Positions 49,901 to 59,735 of a stretch of 64,000 nucleotides of DNA are shown here, piece by piece (the first letter of the stretch is position 1; every line of letters begins with the position of its first letter). Under the pieces are notes generated by a model. The model searched no databases. It was not told where the DNA came from and was given only the letters and a program-made list of their open reading frames with translations. The DNA is taken from positions 48,051-112,050 of the forward strand of contig CAYMWF010000002.1 in assembly GCA_964394085.1 (NCBI GenBank), written 5' to 3'. The stretch is from an uncultured Gemmatimonadota bacterium (GTDB taxonomy: Bacteria > GCA-2686955 > CAYMWF01). A program made the translations under genes and the position numbers.

Positions 49901-50277
49901 TCCTTCTCCAGCTCATAGACATCGAACCTCAGCTTCTGGAACACCTTGACCGGCACATTGGCATCCGGTAATTTCGAATATTCTTCCAGAACCCGTAATG
50001 CTTCTTCAATTCTACGAAAATTCCCGCGGACCAGCTGTTCCGGATCCTGCCAGGAATCGTTCCCGCACCGATCGCGTCCGGGGTCATTGGCAATATCCCG
50101 AGAAGTGATATTTTCCACTTCCGCAGTAAGAGCTGCTATTTTATGTCGGATACTGGTCGTTTTTTCTGTAAGAGAAGAGTTTTCCAGAAACATACGGAAA
50201 TATTCTTCCACAACGCGGAGCCCTTCGCAAGCTCGATTTCCGTTTGCATCGATGACACGTCGGACATTGTTTTTCAC
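49876..50277 (-). CDS. Small conserved protein upstream of and overlapping thiE (function unknown; possibly thiamine-related)
   Basis: 133 aa with no TM segment. RVIDANGNRACEGLRVVEEYFRM. 25-nt overlap with thiE and 12 nt after the accC stop. Confidence 0.3.
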   Translation of the reverse strand: MKNNVRRVIDANGNRACEGLRVVEEYFRMFLENSSLTEKTTSIRHKIAALTAEVENITSRDIANDPGRDRCGNDSWQDPEQLVRGNFRRIEEALRVLEEYSKLPDANVPVKVFQKLRFDVYELEKEWVTFLKS

Positions 50278-50289
50278 AATCCAAATGCC

Positions 50290-51636
50290 TTACTTGAAAA
50301 ACCGTTTGTTTTCGAGGAATGCAGTGTTAAAGTTTCCGGAAAGAAAGTCTCGATCTTTAAGTAGTTCCAGATGGAATGGAGCAGTATGTGTCACCCCTTC
50401 GATTACCAGCTCGCTTAAAGCTCTTTTCATTCTGGAAACAGCTTCATTCCTGTCATTACCGAATGAAATAATTTTCGCAAGCAGAGAGTCATAATATGGA
50501 GAAATATAGCAATCTTCATGCAAATGAGTATCAACCCTTAATCCTGGTCCACCTGGAATGTGAAAGCCGGTAACCCTACCAGGGCAAGGTAAAAAACCGT
50601 TAAAAGGATCTTCAGCATTTATCCTGCATTCTATGGCATGCCCTCTTGGTGCAATTTCAGACTGGGTGATTTTTAGCGGTTTTCCGGCAGCGATAAGGAT
50701 CTGTTCCTTAAGGAGATCCACCCCTGTTCGCATTTCCGTAACCGGATGTTCAACCTGTATACGCGTGTTCATTTCAATGAAATAAAAATCCTGGTTCTCA
50801 TCAAGAAGAAATTCGACCGTTCCCGCTGATTGATATTCCACGGTCCTGCAGGCTAAAATGGCGGTTTCGCCCATCACCCGCCTGACATCCTCGTTCAAGG
50901 TCGGACAAGGTGATTCTTCAACAAGTTTTTGATGTTTCCGCTGTATCGAGCAGTCTCTTTCACCCAGCTGAACGACCGAGCCGAAACTATCCCCAAGAAC
51001 CTGAATTTCGACATGTTTCGGTTTGTCAATATACTTCTCAAGATACAATTCCGAATTGCCAAAGGCTACCTCGGCCTCCGCCTGAGCAAGAATAAAGTTA
51101 TTCTCGAGGCTCAAATCGTTATCCACGAACCTTATACCTTTGCCTCCGCCACCTGCGGCAGCCTTCAGAAGCACTGGATAGCCGATCGTTCCTGCAAGGT
51201 TGACGGCCTCCTCCGCATCGATAAGCGGTCCGGTGCTGCCGGGAATCACCGGAACTTCCGCTTCCTGCATTTTTTTTCTTGCTTCAATCTTGTTACCCAT
51301 GGATTCAAGAGTATCGGGGAGCGGCCCAATAAAACATATGCCTGAATCTTGACAGGCCCGTGCAAATGTCACATCTTCAGCGAGGAAGCCGTAACCCGGA
51401 TGAATAGCCTCGGCTGAGGTGATCAAAGCCGAGCTTATTATTCGGGATTTGTTTAAATAGCTTTCGCTGCTCTCCGCTTTTCCGACACAGACACTCTCAT
51501 CTGCAAAACGGACATGCAGAGAATCTCTGTCAGCTTCTGAGTGGATAGCTACAGTTTCTATTCCAAGTTCACCGCACGCCCGGATTATCCGGAGAGCGAT
51601 TTCACCGCGGTTGGCAACAAGAATCTTTTTAAACAA
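50290..51636 (-). CDS. accC: Acetyl-CoA carboxylase biotin carboxylase subunit
   Basis: MFKKILVANRGEIALRIIRACGELGIETVAIHSEADRDSLHV with an ATP-grasp core. Confidence 0.9.
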   Translation of the reverse strand: MFKKILVANRGEIALRIIRACGELGIETVAIHSEADRDSLHVRFADESVCVGKAESSESYLNKSRIISSALITSAEAIHPGYGFLAEDVTFARACQDSGICFIGPLPDTLESMGNKIEARKKMQEAEVPVIPGSTGPLIDAEEAVNLAGTIGYPVLLKAAAGGGGKGIRFVDNDLSLENNFILAQAEAEVAFGNSELYLEKYIDKPKHVEIQVLGDSFGSVVQLGERDCSIQRKHQKLVEESPCPTLNEDVRRVMGETAILACRTVEYQSAGTVEFLLDENQDFYFIEMNTRIQVEHPVTEMRTGVDLLKEQILIAAGKPLKITQSEIAPRGHAIECRINAEDPFNGFLPCPGRVTGFHIPGGPGLRVDTHLHEDCYISPYYDSLLAKIISFGNDRNEAVSRMKRALSELVIEGVTHTAPFHLELLKDRDFLSGNFNTAFLENKRFFK

Positions 51637-51642
51637 GCCGGG

Positions 51643-52098
51643 CTACTCCGCTTCTATACGAAAAATTACTTGCCCGAACTCTACCGGGTCTTCGTTATTA
51701 ACGCAGACTTCCGCAATCTTACCTGTATGCTCGGAAGGTATCTCATTCAGAATTTTCATGGCTTCAACAATGCACAGAATCTGTCCTGCCCGAACCCTGT
51801 CACCGGTGATAACGAATGGTGGTTTATCCGGTGCAGGTGCGGCATAGAATGTACCGACTGTGGGCGACGTGACCTCTAATAGTTTTCGATCTTCAACAAC
51901 CGGTGATTTATCCGCAAGGTTCTTGGTTGGTTCAAGCTCCGGCGCGGACAGAGGAGCCGGAGTATACATAACATTTTGATGATGCCCCGCATTCCTTACA
52001 ATTCTTATTTTCGTGAAAAATTTCCCTATTTCGATTTCGGATAGATCATTTGCCTGCATCAATTCAACAATTTGCTCAAGATTCTTATTCCACCTCAC
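51643..52098 (-). CDS. accB: Biotin carboxyl carrier protein
   Basis: C-terminal biotinyl domain ...GQILCIVEAMKILNEIPSEHTGKIAEV. Confidence 0.8.
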   Translation of the reverse strand: MRWNKNLEQIVELMQANDLSEIEIGKFFTKIRIVRNAGHHQNVMYTPAPLSAPELEPTKNLADKSPVVEDRKLLEVTSPTVGTFYAAPAPDKPPFVITGDRVRAGQILCIVEAMKILNEIPSEHTGKIAEVCVNNEDPVEFGQVIFRIEAE

Positions 52099-52131
52099 GA
52101 TATACCTCGCTATCGTTAGATCGACTATCTA

Positions 52132-52887
52132 CTATTCCTTATTCCAAGACGAATCATCATTTTCCCGATTCTTCAGCTCTTCACGAAGCTGCTCTAAATC
52201 AGGATCTCCGGATTTCGTGGCATCCAGGCGCGCCAGTATTTCCCGAGCTTTTACATAATATCCCTGTTTAAGGTAGATTCGCGCAAGAGTTACGGTATTG
52301 TTATTTCTTGTCTCATCGTCTCTATTCTCCAGATTGTCTTGATGGTTATCCAAAACAGGGTCGGCATCCGGACCACGATTTCTTCCTCTGGTTTGAGAAT
52401 CCTCAAAATTATCCGGCCTTCCAGACGCAGAAGTCTCGAATGAACGGATCTCTTCGAGAATCCCGGAATCGATCTCAGTTGCTGGATATTCCAGTTCGGT
52501 AAGATCCAGAAGAAGGTCGTTAAGTTCAAGATTGTCTGGTGATGTCCTTTGAGCTTTTTCGAAACACCTTCTGGCATTTTCCGGTTCATCCAGCCTGAGA
52601 TAGAGTTCTCCGAGCAGTTTCAAGGCAGGTCCGTGAACAGGTTCAGCCTGGAGGAGTGATACCAGCACTTGTTCAGCTTCTGGAAATTCTCCCTTTTCAA
52701 TGAGGAGATGGCTGAGAATCATCTTCCCCGGCGCGTACCAGGGATAATGCTCAACACACATTCTAATCCTGCGTTCAGCAATGGGGGACTTGTCTGTTTT
52801 CCGGAAACCCTCTGCTTCTGCAGCTATTTCCGATGGTTGATTGGTTACAGTGTCTGTATCTTTACTTTCACTCATTTCCCGCTTCAC
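52132..52887 (-). CDS. TPR-repeat protein
   Basis: TPR-like repeats (e.g. ALKLLGELYLRLDEPENARRCFEKA) and an acidic N-terminus. Confidence 0.5.
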   Translation of the reverse strand: MKREMSESKDTDTVTNQPSEIAAEAEGFRKTDKSPIAERRIRMCVEHYPWYAPGKMILSHLLIEKGEFPEAEQVLVSLLQAEPVHGPALKLLGELYLRLDEPENARRCFEKAQRTSPDNLELNDLLLDLTELEYPATEIDSGILEEIRSFETSASGRPDNFEDSQTRGRNRGPDADPVLDNHQDNLENRDDETRNNNTVTLARIYLKQGYYVKAREILARLDATKSGDPDLEQLREELKNRENDDSSWNKE

Positions 52888-52971
52888 TTCTTATTATGGG
52901 AAGGAAGATAGTTACAACACAACTGAGCGTCAACCTGAATTCACATCTCAATGTTGATATTCAATTGTTGA

Positions 52972-53649
52972 TCAAGAATTCTTAAGCTTCAAATCGAGTA
53001 TTGTGTTCTTGATTTCTCGAACAACCGCCTCGGCAGTGGTGCAAGCCGTCAAATCAGGTGAGGGTGCAAACCGGATTTTTACAGGCGAAGGCCTAGGAAA
53101 ACGATGCATTTTACCTAATGCTGACGCAGTACCGTGTATATAAGCTGGTATTACCGTAGGTTTGAAACGAAGATAATAATATCCTGCACCCGGATGGAAT
53201 GGAAGGAAATCCCCGCCCTCGTTCCGTGTTCCTTCCGGGAACAATCCCAGGACTTCGCCCCCTTCGAAAACCGATTTTACCTTCCGATAAGCAGAGATAT
53301 CGAACGGTTTGTTCAAGTCGATACCGAAAGCGCCGGTCCACGCCGCCAATCTGCCTGTAACCGGATATTTCATAACCTGTGTCATCGCTAAAAAACGCAC
53401 AGGCCGGGATGTTGCCAATCCGAGAATAGGGGGATCAAGAAAACTGGAGTGATTCGCCGCGATAAGAACGGAGCCCGATCGTGGAATAAATTCTGCGCCG
53501 GTCACCTCGAGCTTGAAGTAGATTCGAACAATACGGCGAAGTAGTTTCTTCCAACTTTCGTAGGAAGCCGGTAGAGGTTTGATTCGATGCTGATGGTTCA
53601 CCGGTGAATACGTCCTATCCAGCTTGATCCTGTTAAAGCGATCCCCCAC
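52972..53649 (-). CDS. plsC: 1-acyl-sn-glycerol-3-phosphate acyltransferase
   Basis: HX4D-type LIAANHSSFLDPPIL and FPEGTRNEGG. Confidence 0.75.
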   Translation of the reverse strand: MGDRFNRIKLDRTYSPVNHQHRIKPLPASYESWKKLLRRIVRIYFKLEVTGAEFIPRSGSVLIAANHSSFLDPPILGLATSRPVRFLAMTQVMKYPVTGRLAAWTGAFGIDLNKPFDISAYRKVKSVFEGGEVLGLFPEGTRNEGGDFLPFHPGAGYYYLRFKPTVIPAYIHGTASALGKMHRFPRPSPVKIRFAPSPDLTACTTAEAVVREIKNTILDLKLKNS

Positions 53650-54706
53650 AGAAATCGGTTACCAGACGGAATGAATCAGTAATTTTCATGAGCTGTCTCA
53701 TCAGAGGATCCTTGGATTCTCCGGGGGCAAAAACCGCCATATCGATCAAGTATCGTCGCGATGGCTTGTTTGAAACATCATACAGTACGATTGATTTAAA
53801 ACATCCTCCAACCATGTATTTTCGATTTTCCCATGCTCCAGCAATAGAAAAAACGTCAATTCCATTGTGTTCTTCTTCTGTAAGACGAACGGACTCTGCA
53901 ATGATAAAATCCTCGTCATAATACTTGGAAGCGATTGAATCACGGAGCGCGATCAATTCCAGGACGGATTGATGCTTTCTGGGATATTCTTCCGAATATA
54001 TGAATATCTGTAAATCCGGATCTCTTTTCCACCATCCGACAATATCCCCATCAACCGTCTTTTCCTCAAACCTCAACCTGTATCCAGCAGGTAAAGTCAA
54101 TTGCCATGGATACTTTCTGGCTATTCTTCTATTCTCCCTGATATTCATCCCCCCGAGGTAAATCCTGTCGAACATCCGCTTTTCCAGCCTATGCTCGAAA
54201 AGAGAAAATGCTTCAATTCCTTTCTCAAGGATGATTTCGGTTAACAGCGGTAGATTACGTGCAGCAAAGAAATAGACTGTTTGTCCTTGCGACCAGTAGT
54301 CTTCGATAAAGAAAGCTACTCGCCCTTTCTCGGAATAACGTTCTGCCACTTTACCGTCAAGGAATTCATCCCAAAGAGGTGACATCGATTCACTGTGTCC
54401 AGGGATGCCTGCAATTACAATATTCTTTCGCATCCGGAAGAGATCGAAGTTTCGGGCTGAGACCGGCTTCAGTATGAAGATTTTTTCTTCAATAACCCAA
54501 TTGACTTTCCGTTCTAAACTCTTTTTCAGTATCTTAATTGAACCTGCATCTAGAACATCCGCTCCAATCAGTATTATTTCTTGAAGCTTACCGGTAGCTT
54601 GAATCTTCCTTTCATCGACACACGAAACCGAGCTAAAAAGAAAAACCGTCACGGGGATAATGACGGTGAATCGAAAAAATCTAAACATTATTATACTTAA
54701 GTACAA
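53633..54706 (-). CDS. Lipoprotein of unknown function
   Basis: Signal/lipobox ...FSSVSC. About 357 aa. It sits between the HtrA-like gene and plsC. Confidence 0.4.
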   Translation of the reverse strand: MYLSIIMFRFFRFTVIIPVTVFLFSSVSCVDERKIQATGKLQEIILIGADVLDAGSIKILKKSLERKVNWVIEEKIFILKPVSARNFDLFRMRKNIVIAGIPGHSESMSPLWDEFLDGKVAERYSEKGRVAFFIEDYWSQGQTVYFFAARNLPLLTEIILEKGIEAFSLFEHRLEKRMFDRIYLGGMNIRENRRIARKYPWQLTLPAGYRLRFEEKTVDGDIVGWWKRDPDLQIFIYSEEYPRKHQSVLELIALRDSIASKYYDEDFIIAESVRLTEEEHNGIDVFSIAGAWENRKYMVGGCFKSIVLYDVSNKPSRRYLIDMAVFAPGESKDPLMRQLMKITDSFRLVTDFCGGSL

Positions 54707-54717
54707 AGTCTGAAAGA

Positions 54718-55839
54718 TTATTCATCTACAGGTTCTGCCGTGTGGGATACAGCTTGTTTCTCCTGGAGTCGTTCAATCGCATTTTCCGCCTTCCGAAGCC
54801 GGTCGCATAATTCCTGTAATTCCATGGACGGGAACCGGAATCGTTCAATATCTTGCTGCCTTACAGGTTTTACCGGTATTTCTGTAAGCTCAACTGATGT
54901 ATCAAGTTGTTTACCTTTTCTAACAATTGAGATACTTGATATACTTCCAACTTTCGAAAAAGCGACCAGATCACGGAGCTGTTTGGAGGAAGATACTTTG
55001 GCTTCTCCATAGCCTGTAATGATGTCTCCGGGTTCGAGTTCGGCTTTCTCTGCCGGGGAATTATGATCTACTGTTACTATTTCGACACCATGACCGGGAA
55101 ATGTATCAGGAATATCACGAATCACAACACCTAAGTATGCATACTTTGGGTTACGTTCATTTTTCATCCTACTGATGGAGCGCTGGAGCCTTTCACCAGG
55201 TATTGCGAAACTTATCCCCAAATTCGGCGCTGACGCTACAAGCATCCCAATTGCTTTACCTTTAATATCAAAGATAGTTGCTCCGATGGTTCCAGGCGCC
55301 ACCGGTGTGTTGATCTGTACGAGACCATCATGCTGACGGTTTCCGGACTGGATGGAAATATCAAATCCGGATACGAGCCCAAGAGAAGCGGATGTCTGAA
55401 ATCCGAACGTATTTCCGACGACAAGGACCAAATCACCTTTCTGGATATCCTCAATTGAATTCACCTTCAAGGAGGAGGAGATCTTTTTCTCGGGCTTAAG
55501 GAGAGCAAGATGAACGAATTGATCTTTTCCGAACAGAGTTGCTTTAAAACGCGTATCTCCCGAGGGGATAATGAATATGCTGTCCGCATCTTGAATTCCG
55601 TCAATGGCTGTGAGGATGAATTCTGCATTCTCTATAGAAAAACCGGTGCTTACTCGTCTCCTGATTTCTCCATTCCCAGGTAGAGTGATGTATGAGACTA
55701 TAGATACGATCGACTTTTCGTTGCCAAGAACGATCCTGTTGATTTCCGCATTCAGGCATCCCAGGCTTCCTTCCTGGCTTTGTGCTTCAGATACTCCCGA
55801 AAAAATCAGGCAAAAAAGAATAAAACAAGTCGTCATCAT
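54718..55839 (-). CDS. HtrA/DegP-family trypsin-like protein with PDZ domain; catalytic triad apparently substituted (pseudo-protease)
   Basis: S1C fold: GNTFGFQTSASLGLVSGF and VQINTPVAPGTIGATIFDIKGKAIGM. The expected YVVTNNHVV, DIALI and GNSGG positions read FILTAIDGI, VHLALL and GTIGA. The PDZ GVEIVTVDHNSPAEKAELEPGDII is retained. Confidence 0.65.
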   Translation of the reverse strand: MMTTCFILFCLIFSGVSEAQSQEGSLGCLNAEINRIVLGNEKSIVSIVSYITLPGNGEIRRRVSTGFSIENAEFILTAIDGIQDADSIFIIPSGDTRFKATLFGKDQFVHLALLKPEKKISSSLKVNSIEDIQKGDLVLVVGNTFGFQTSASLGLVSGFDISIQSGNRQHDGLVQINTPVAPGTIGATIFDIKGKAIGMLVASAPNLGISFAIPGERLQRSISRMKNERNPKYAYLGVVIRDIPDTFPGHGVEIVTVDHNSPAEKAELEPGDIITGYGEAKVSSSKQLRDLVAFSKVGSISSISIVRKGKQLDTSVELTEIPVKPVRQQDIERFRFPSMELQELCDRLRKAENAIERLQEKQAVSHTAEPVDE

Positions 55840-55875
55840 TAACAGGTACTCCGATTCGATAAGTCCCAGGAAACC

Positions 55876-56427
55876 TTAGAAGCCATAACTGGTCTGTAAA
55901 ATTTGGACTTCATTGTTGGTGACATCCCACCTTCCCTGATTCGTCTGGTCTAGAATCCGAGCGTTTCCGACCATCCACTCGATATCTGAATCTCTCTCAG
56001 AGCTTATAGTATTCCAAACACGTTCTGGACGAGGAAGCATATATTCACTTACCTTGCGGACATGCTCAGGAATTCCTGTTAGTAAATACTGGAATCCATT
56101 TTCCGGTATTCCTATCGGTTGAACGAAAAGAAGTAACAGGGTTACAGTTGCAGCCGCATATGCAATACGAGGAAGAGGAATTAACAGTGGTGATCGGTCA
56201 GGCTTCTCCTGGATACGCTGCATCAGTTTTGCTGCAAAGAATGGCGGTGCTTTGATTTCAGGCATTGCCTGCACCATTTTTATGGTTTTAGTGAATTTTT
56301 CGTATTCAGAGTGACACTCACGACAATCTGAAAAATGCTTTCGTGAAAAAACGTCATCGGAACCGTCGATCATTGCACTGAATGATTCTCGAACGCGGCG
56401 GCACTCCTCTTTAATTTCTCGCCTCAT
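55876..56427 (-). CDS. Membrane-anchored anti-sigma factor (zinc-binding ZAS-type)
   Basis: HFSDCRECH fits HxxxCxxC. A single TM segment IAYAAATVTLLLLFV. Lies 4 nt downstream of the ECF sigma gene. Confidence 0.6.
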   Translation of the reverse strand: MRREIKEECRRVRESFSAMIDGSDDVFSRKHFSDCRECHSEYEKFTKTIKMVQAMPEIKAPPFFAAKLMQRIQEKPDRSPLLIPLPRIAYAAATVTLLLLFVQPIGIPENGFQYLLTGIPEHVRKVSEYMLPRPERVWNTISSERDSDIEWMVGNARILDQTNQGRWDVTNNEVQILQTSYGF

Positions 56428-56431
56428 CCCG

Positions 56432-57043
56432 TTATTGCTCCAAGTACGGGCTGAACAACCCTTTGAATTTGTTTCTCGCCCTATTGACTCGCGACTTTAC
56501 CGTTCCTTCAGGTTTATCGAGGATTCGCGCTATTTCTTCATATGACAAACCCTGGATGTCTCTCATAACTAATACCAGCTTGAATTTGGGCGGAAGTATA
56601 TCAATGGTAGCCTGGATTCTTTCTCTCATTTCTCTTCGTAGTAGATCTTCATCGGGCCCGGGGTTTGAATCTGGGAATTCAATCTTGATATCATCGCCTT
56701 TATCGGTTGTATAGGGTTTGTCCAATTGTAGAAAGGATACAATTTTTTTTCTGCGCAACTGGTTTATCGAGAGGTTTGTCGCAATTCTGTACAACCACGT
56801 TGAGAAAACCGAACCTCTTTTAAAAGTATGGGCTTTCGAAAAAACTCTGAGAAAAGTTTCTTGAGCGATATCCTCGGCTAACTCCCTGTTCCCCAGCATT
56901 CTAGAGATATAATGCATTATTTTGTGTTGATACCTGTGTACCAATTCCTCGTATGCATCAACATCCCCATTCTTCGTCCGCTCGATCAGGGACTCATCAC
57001 TTTCAACAACCCCGTTTTCCCCGTCTTGATCAAGCCTGTTCAT
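56432..57043 (-). CDS. ECF-subfamily RNA polymerase sigma factor (sigma-24-like)
   Basis: Region 2 ETFLRVFSKAHTFKRGSVFSTWLYRIATNLSINQLR and region 4 LSYEEIARILDKPEGTVKSRVNRAR. Start chosen at ATG 57041-57043 (GGTGGTG RBS); the track ORF starts at 57112. Confidence 0.8.
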   Translation of the reverse strand: MNRLDQDGENGVVESDESLIERTKNGDVDAYEELVHRYQHKIMHYISRMLGNRELAEDIAQETFLRVFSKAHTFKRGSVFSTWLYRIATNLSINQLRRKKIVSFLQLDKPYTTDKGDDIKIEFPDSNPGPDEDLLRREMRERIQATIDILPPKFKLVLVMRDIQGLSYEEIARILDKPEGTVKSRVNRARNKFKGLFSPYLEQ

Positions 57044-57244
57044 TACACCACCATACATACAGATAACCGCCAGCCCGGTTCCACCTTTCTCCAAAATAAT
57101 CAACTGCAGCATTCCGTGTCAAGCAGTCACACGTCATACAAGTGTCGAAGGTTTACTGGTTAATAAAGTTAGTACTATTCAATTCCAGCCAAACTGCGAA
57201 AAATTAGGATTCGATGCACTAACTACTCTAAACAAATCAAAGGA

Positions 57245-57286
57245 ATGAAAAAAGAACCGGCTCTTCGATTTAGTCAAGAGCCGGCT
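57245..57286 (-). terminator. Rho-independent terminator downstream of lipoprotein gene 57307-58131
   Basis: Minus-strand read: AGCCGGCUCUU-GACUAAAUCG-AAGAGCCGG, a 9-bp stem, followed by UUCUUUUUUCAUUC. Confidence 0.55.
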
Positions 57287-57306
57287 CGCTGGAATGGTGA
57301 TTCAAT

Positions 57307-58131
57307 CTATTCGATCCAATAAGGCATACCCCAAGCGGAGGCTGAATAGGGTGCATCCCTTTCAATCACAGTATCCTCGTCGATTACATCCAGGAATGTG
57401 TGGTATACGCCCGGAGTTGTAGGGGCTGAGTAAGTGTTGCTGAAAACAAGGTCCTCCGACGTCGGCTCCAGTATTTTGTGTTCTTTTTCATTATTCGCTG
57501 TCAAGCGATGAATAATGGGGATGATTGTAGGATCGCTGACCGTGACTGTTACCGTAACTTCCTCTCCTGGAGCAAAGGTAAGAACTTGACGTTCCCAATA
57601 CCTTTCTGGATCGTTAAAATTGACTGTTCCGATACTCGCAGCAGATACGCTGATTTCGTTGATCGACAACCGTTCATCGAGCGAGGACCCGGCAAGTACC
57701 GTTATTTCAACCACTTCCCATCCGCCAAACCTCCCGAATCTACCATTTTTAGCGAGAAGTATTTTTCGAGTTCCAAAATCGTTGTTTATTGTTTTCTCAA
57801 CAACCGTGGAATCATTGTACATAACATAAAAACTGCCGTCGAATTCATACTCCACTATAGCATCCGCGGAATTACCCATGACGGTCAGATCAAGCCTGGT
57901 TATTTTCGAATTCTCATCGTAATCGCGCTTGAAAGACAGGTAATCTTCTTCTCCTGAAATACCTTCATCCATGCTCATCAAGGATAAACCGGCAATAAAG
58001 CCTTTTTCATTCAACATGTTCCAGATTTGCTCTTCATCCCTCTGAGCTGATGGTGAGATAATACAACCTGATGCACATAGAATCGCCAGACATGTAGTCA
58101 GGGAAGTAATCTTTTTCAGTTTGTTCTCCAT
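57307..58131 (-). CDS. Lipoprotein of unknown function
   Basis: Start at ATG 58129-58131 with a GGAGGAG RBS. Signal and lipobox LCASGC. Confidence 0.4.
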   Translation of the reverse strand: MENKLKKITSLTTCLAILCASGCIISPSAQRDEEQIWNMLNEKGFIAGLSLMSMDEGISGEEDYLSFKRDYDENSKITRLDLTVMGNSADAIVEYEFDGSFYVMYNDSTVVEKTINNDFGTRKILLAKNGRFGRFGGWEVVEITVLAGSSLDERLSINEISVSAASIGTVNFNDPERYWERQVLTFAPGEEVTVTVTVSDPTIIPIIHRLTANNEKEHKILEPTSEDLVFSNTYSAPTTPGVYHTFLDVIDEDTVIERDAPYSASAWGMPYWIE

Positions 58132-58255
58132 AAAACTCCTCCGAGCTTCCCGAGATCCCGAAAGGATTTTATGCAACTTCTATGCCATATGCTTATATAT
58201 ATATTGGGGGGATTTTTACCGGCAAATGTCCATTTCTAGGGACAATTTTCGGGGA

Positions 58256-58870
58256 TTAGTGTTTATATCTGACCACACCGGTCCCACTGGTTGCATTTGC
58301 AAAAGCTTCCTTGAATAAATCTTTGGCACCTGTAGGTATCCGGATCCTGATAGAATAAGTTGAACCATATCCAGTTTCAATCCGCTCAATTTCGAATTTT
58401 TCGATCAGGGTATTCACTTCCCCGAATACTGAGGGATGAAACATCAACAATGCCTCACATTTACGAATATATGTCTCAACACCTGCCTTCTCAATTGCGA
58501 GTGCGGCAGTGCCCCCGTACGCGCGCATCAAACCACCGATACCGAGCTTAATGCCACCAAAATATCGTACGACAACAACACCTACATCTATCAACTTCCG
58601 ACCCTTAAGGATTCTTAGAATCGACAATCCGGCTGAACCCGCTGGTTCACCGTCGTCTCCCGTTGATTCTATGACCCTAGTTCCGTTGAAGATTCTGTAT
58701 GCGTAACAATGATGAGAAGCAGCACTATATTCTGCTCTCATTCGATTCACGAATAATGGAAATTCATCCGTGTGTCGGAGTTTCCCTGCAATACCGATGA
58801 ATCGGGAATTCTTGATTCGTTGTTCTATTTCCGCCGCCCGCGAAATAGTTCGATAAGACGAGTCGGACAT
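58256..58870 (-). CDS. yigZ: IMPACT/YigZ family protein
   Basis: ...SRFIGIAGKL...AASHHCYAYRIF... is the UPF0029 N-domain signature. Confidence 0.7.
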   Translation of the reverse strand: MSDSSYRTISRAAEIEQRIKNSRFIGIAGKLRHTDEFPLFVNRMRAEYSAASHHCYAYRIFNGTRVIESTGDDGEPAGSAGLSILRILKGRKLIDVGVVVVRYFGGIKLGIGGLMRAYGGTAALAIEKAGVETYIRKCEALLMFHPSVFGEVNTLIEKFEIERIETGYGSTYSIRIRIPTGAKDLFKEAFANATSGTGVVRYKH

Positions 58871-58913
58871 ATGCTATTGCCTTAATTTATTTCTTTAAAC
58901 CGATTATTTTCTT

Positions 58914-59735
58914 CTATTTTTTCCTGCCTGGTAGCAATAAGGTGATGGTATCCCCGAGGCTTAGACCGGTTTCTACTGCTGCATTTCCACCATTGACAGC
59001 AATTTCAATTCTGCCATTACTATCTCGCAGAACCAGTAACTGGCCGGGTTCAACCTCCGAGTAAGTTTTGGAAATCTTGCTCAGGCTGACACCGGCGATT
59101 TTGAACGTGAACGAATTTGATTCGGTGAGCACCCTCTCAAGGACTGTCTCACTCAAGGATGTGATCAGGTTTCCGAAAATATCTTTATGGATTATGGGGA
59201 TTTCTATTATTGTTCCCTTGTCGTGGACTCCTACACGATCAAGGTAAATCAGTTCTGTCAATTTTGCCCCGAGAAGTTCAGGTGGATTACCAGAAGCTAG
59301 ATATGCCGCAACCGGAGAAAACAGATCTCGTCCGTGGAATGTGTTGCTGATTGTACTTCTAACTTCAGGGGTTGAGCCGCTCAGTTGCCAAGCAGCTTCC
59401 AGCCCAACCCTTTCAAGATGATATGAAAATACGCCATTGTCTGGACCAACAAAAAAATCACCTCTACCGCTTTTGGCGGCAATTCCCAGCCGGGAGCTGC
59501 CAACCCCTGGATCCACGACAACCAAATGAACGGTGCCATGTGGGAAAAAATCCGGAATGTACTCAAGCAGAAGCGCCGCTGCCGTTATATCTTGAGGTGC
59601 TATATTGTGGGATATATCAACAAGCACCGCCTTATCAAAAACCGAAAGAATCGCTCCTTTCATCATTCCGACATAAGGATCGGAATAGCCGAAATCGGAT
59701 GTAAGGGTGATAATCGGTCCTTGCAATTGAGTCAT
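58914..59735 (-). CDS. S-adenosylmethionine hydroxide adenosyltransferase (DUF62 / SAM hydrolase family)
   Basis: IITLTSDFGYSDPYVGMMKGAILSV...ISHNIAPQDI is the DUF62 N-terminus. 273 aa. Confidence 0.7.
   Translation of the reverse strand: MTQLQGPIITLTSDFGYSDPYVGMMKGAILSVFDKAVLVDISHNIAPQDITAAALLLEYIPDFFPHGTVHLVVVDPGVGSSRLGIAAKSGRGDFFVGPDNGVFSYHLERVGLEAAWQLSGSTPEVRSTISNTFHGRDLFSPVAAYLASGNPPELLGAKLTELIYLDRVGVHDKGTIIEIPIIHKDIFGNLITSLSETVLERVLTESNSFTFKIAGVSLSKISKTYSEVEPGQLLVLRDSNGRIEIAVNGGNAAVETGLSLGDTITLLLPGRKK

Noticed and set aside
50278-50289. Looked for a TPP riboswitch upstream of thiE
   Set aside because: No intergenic space exists. thiE and the small ORF follow accC directly.
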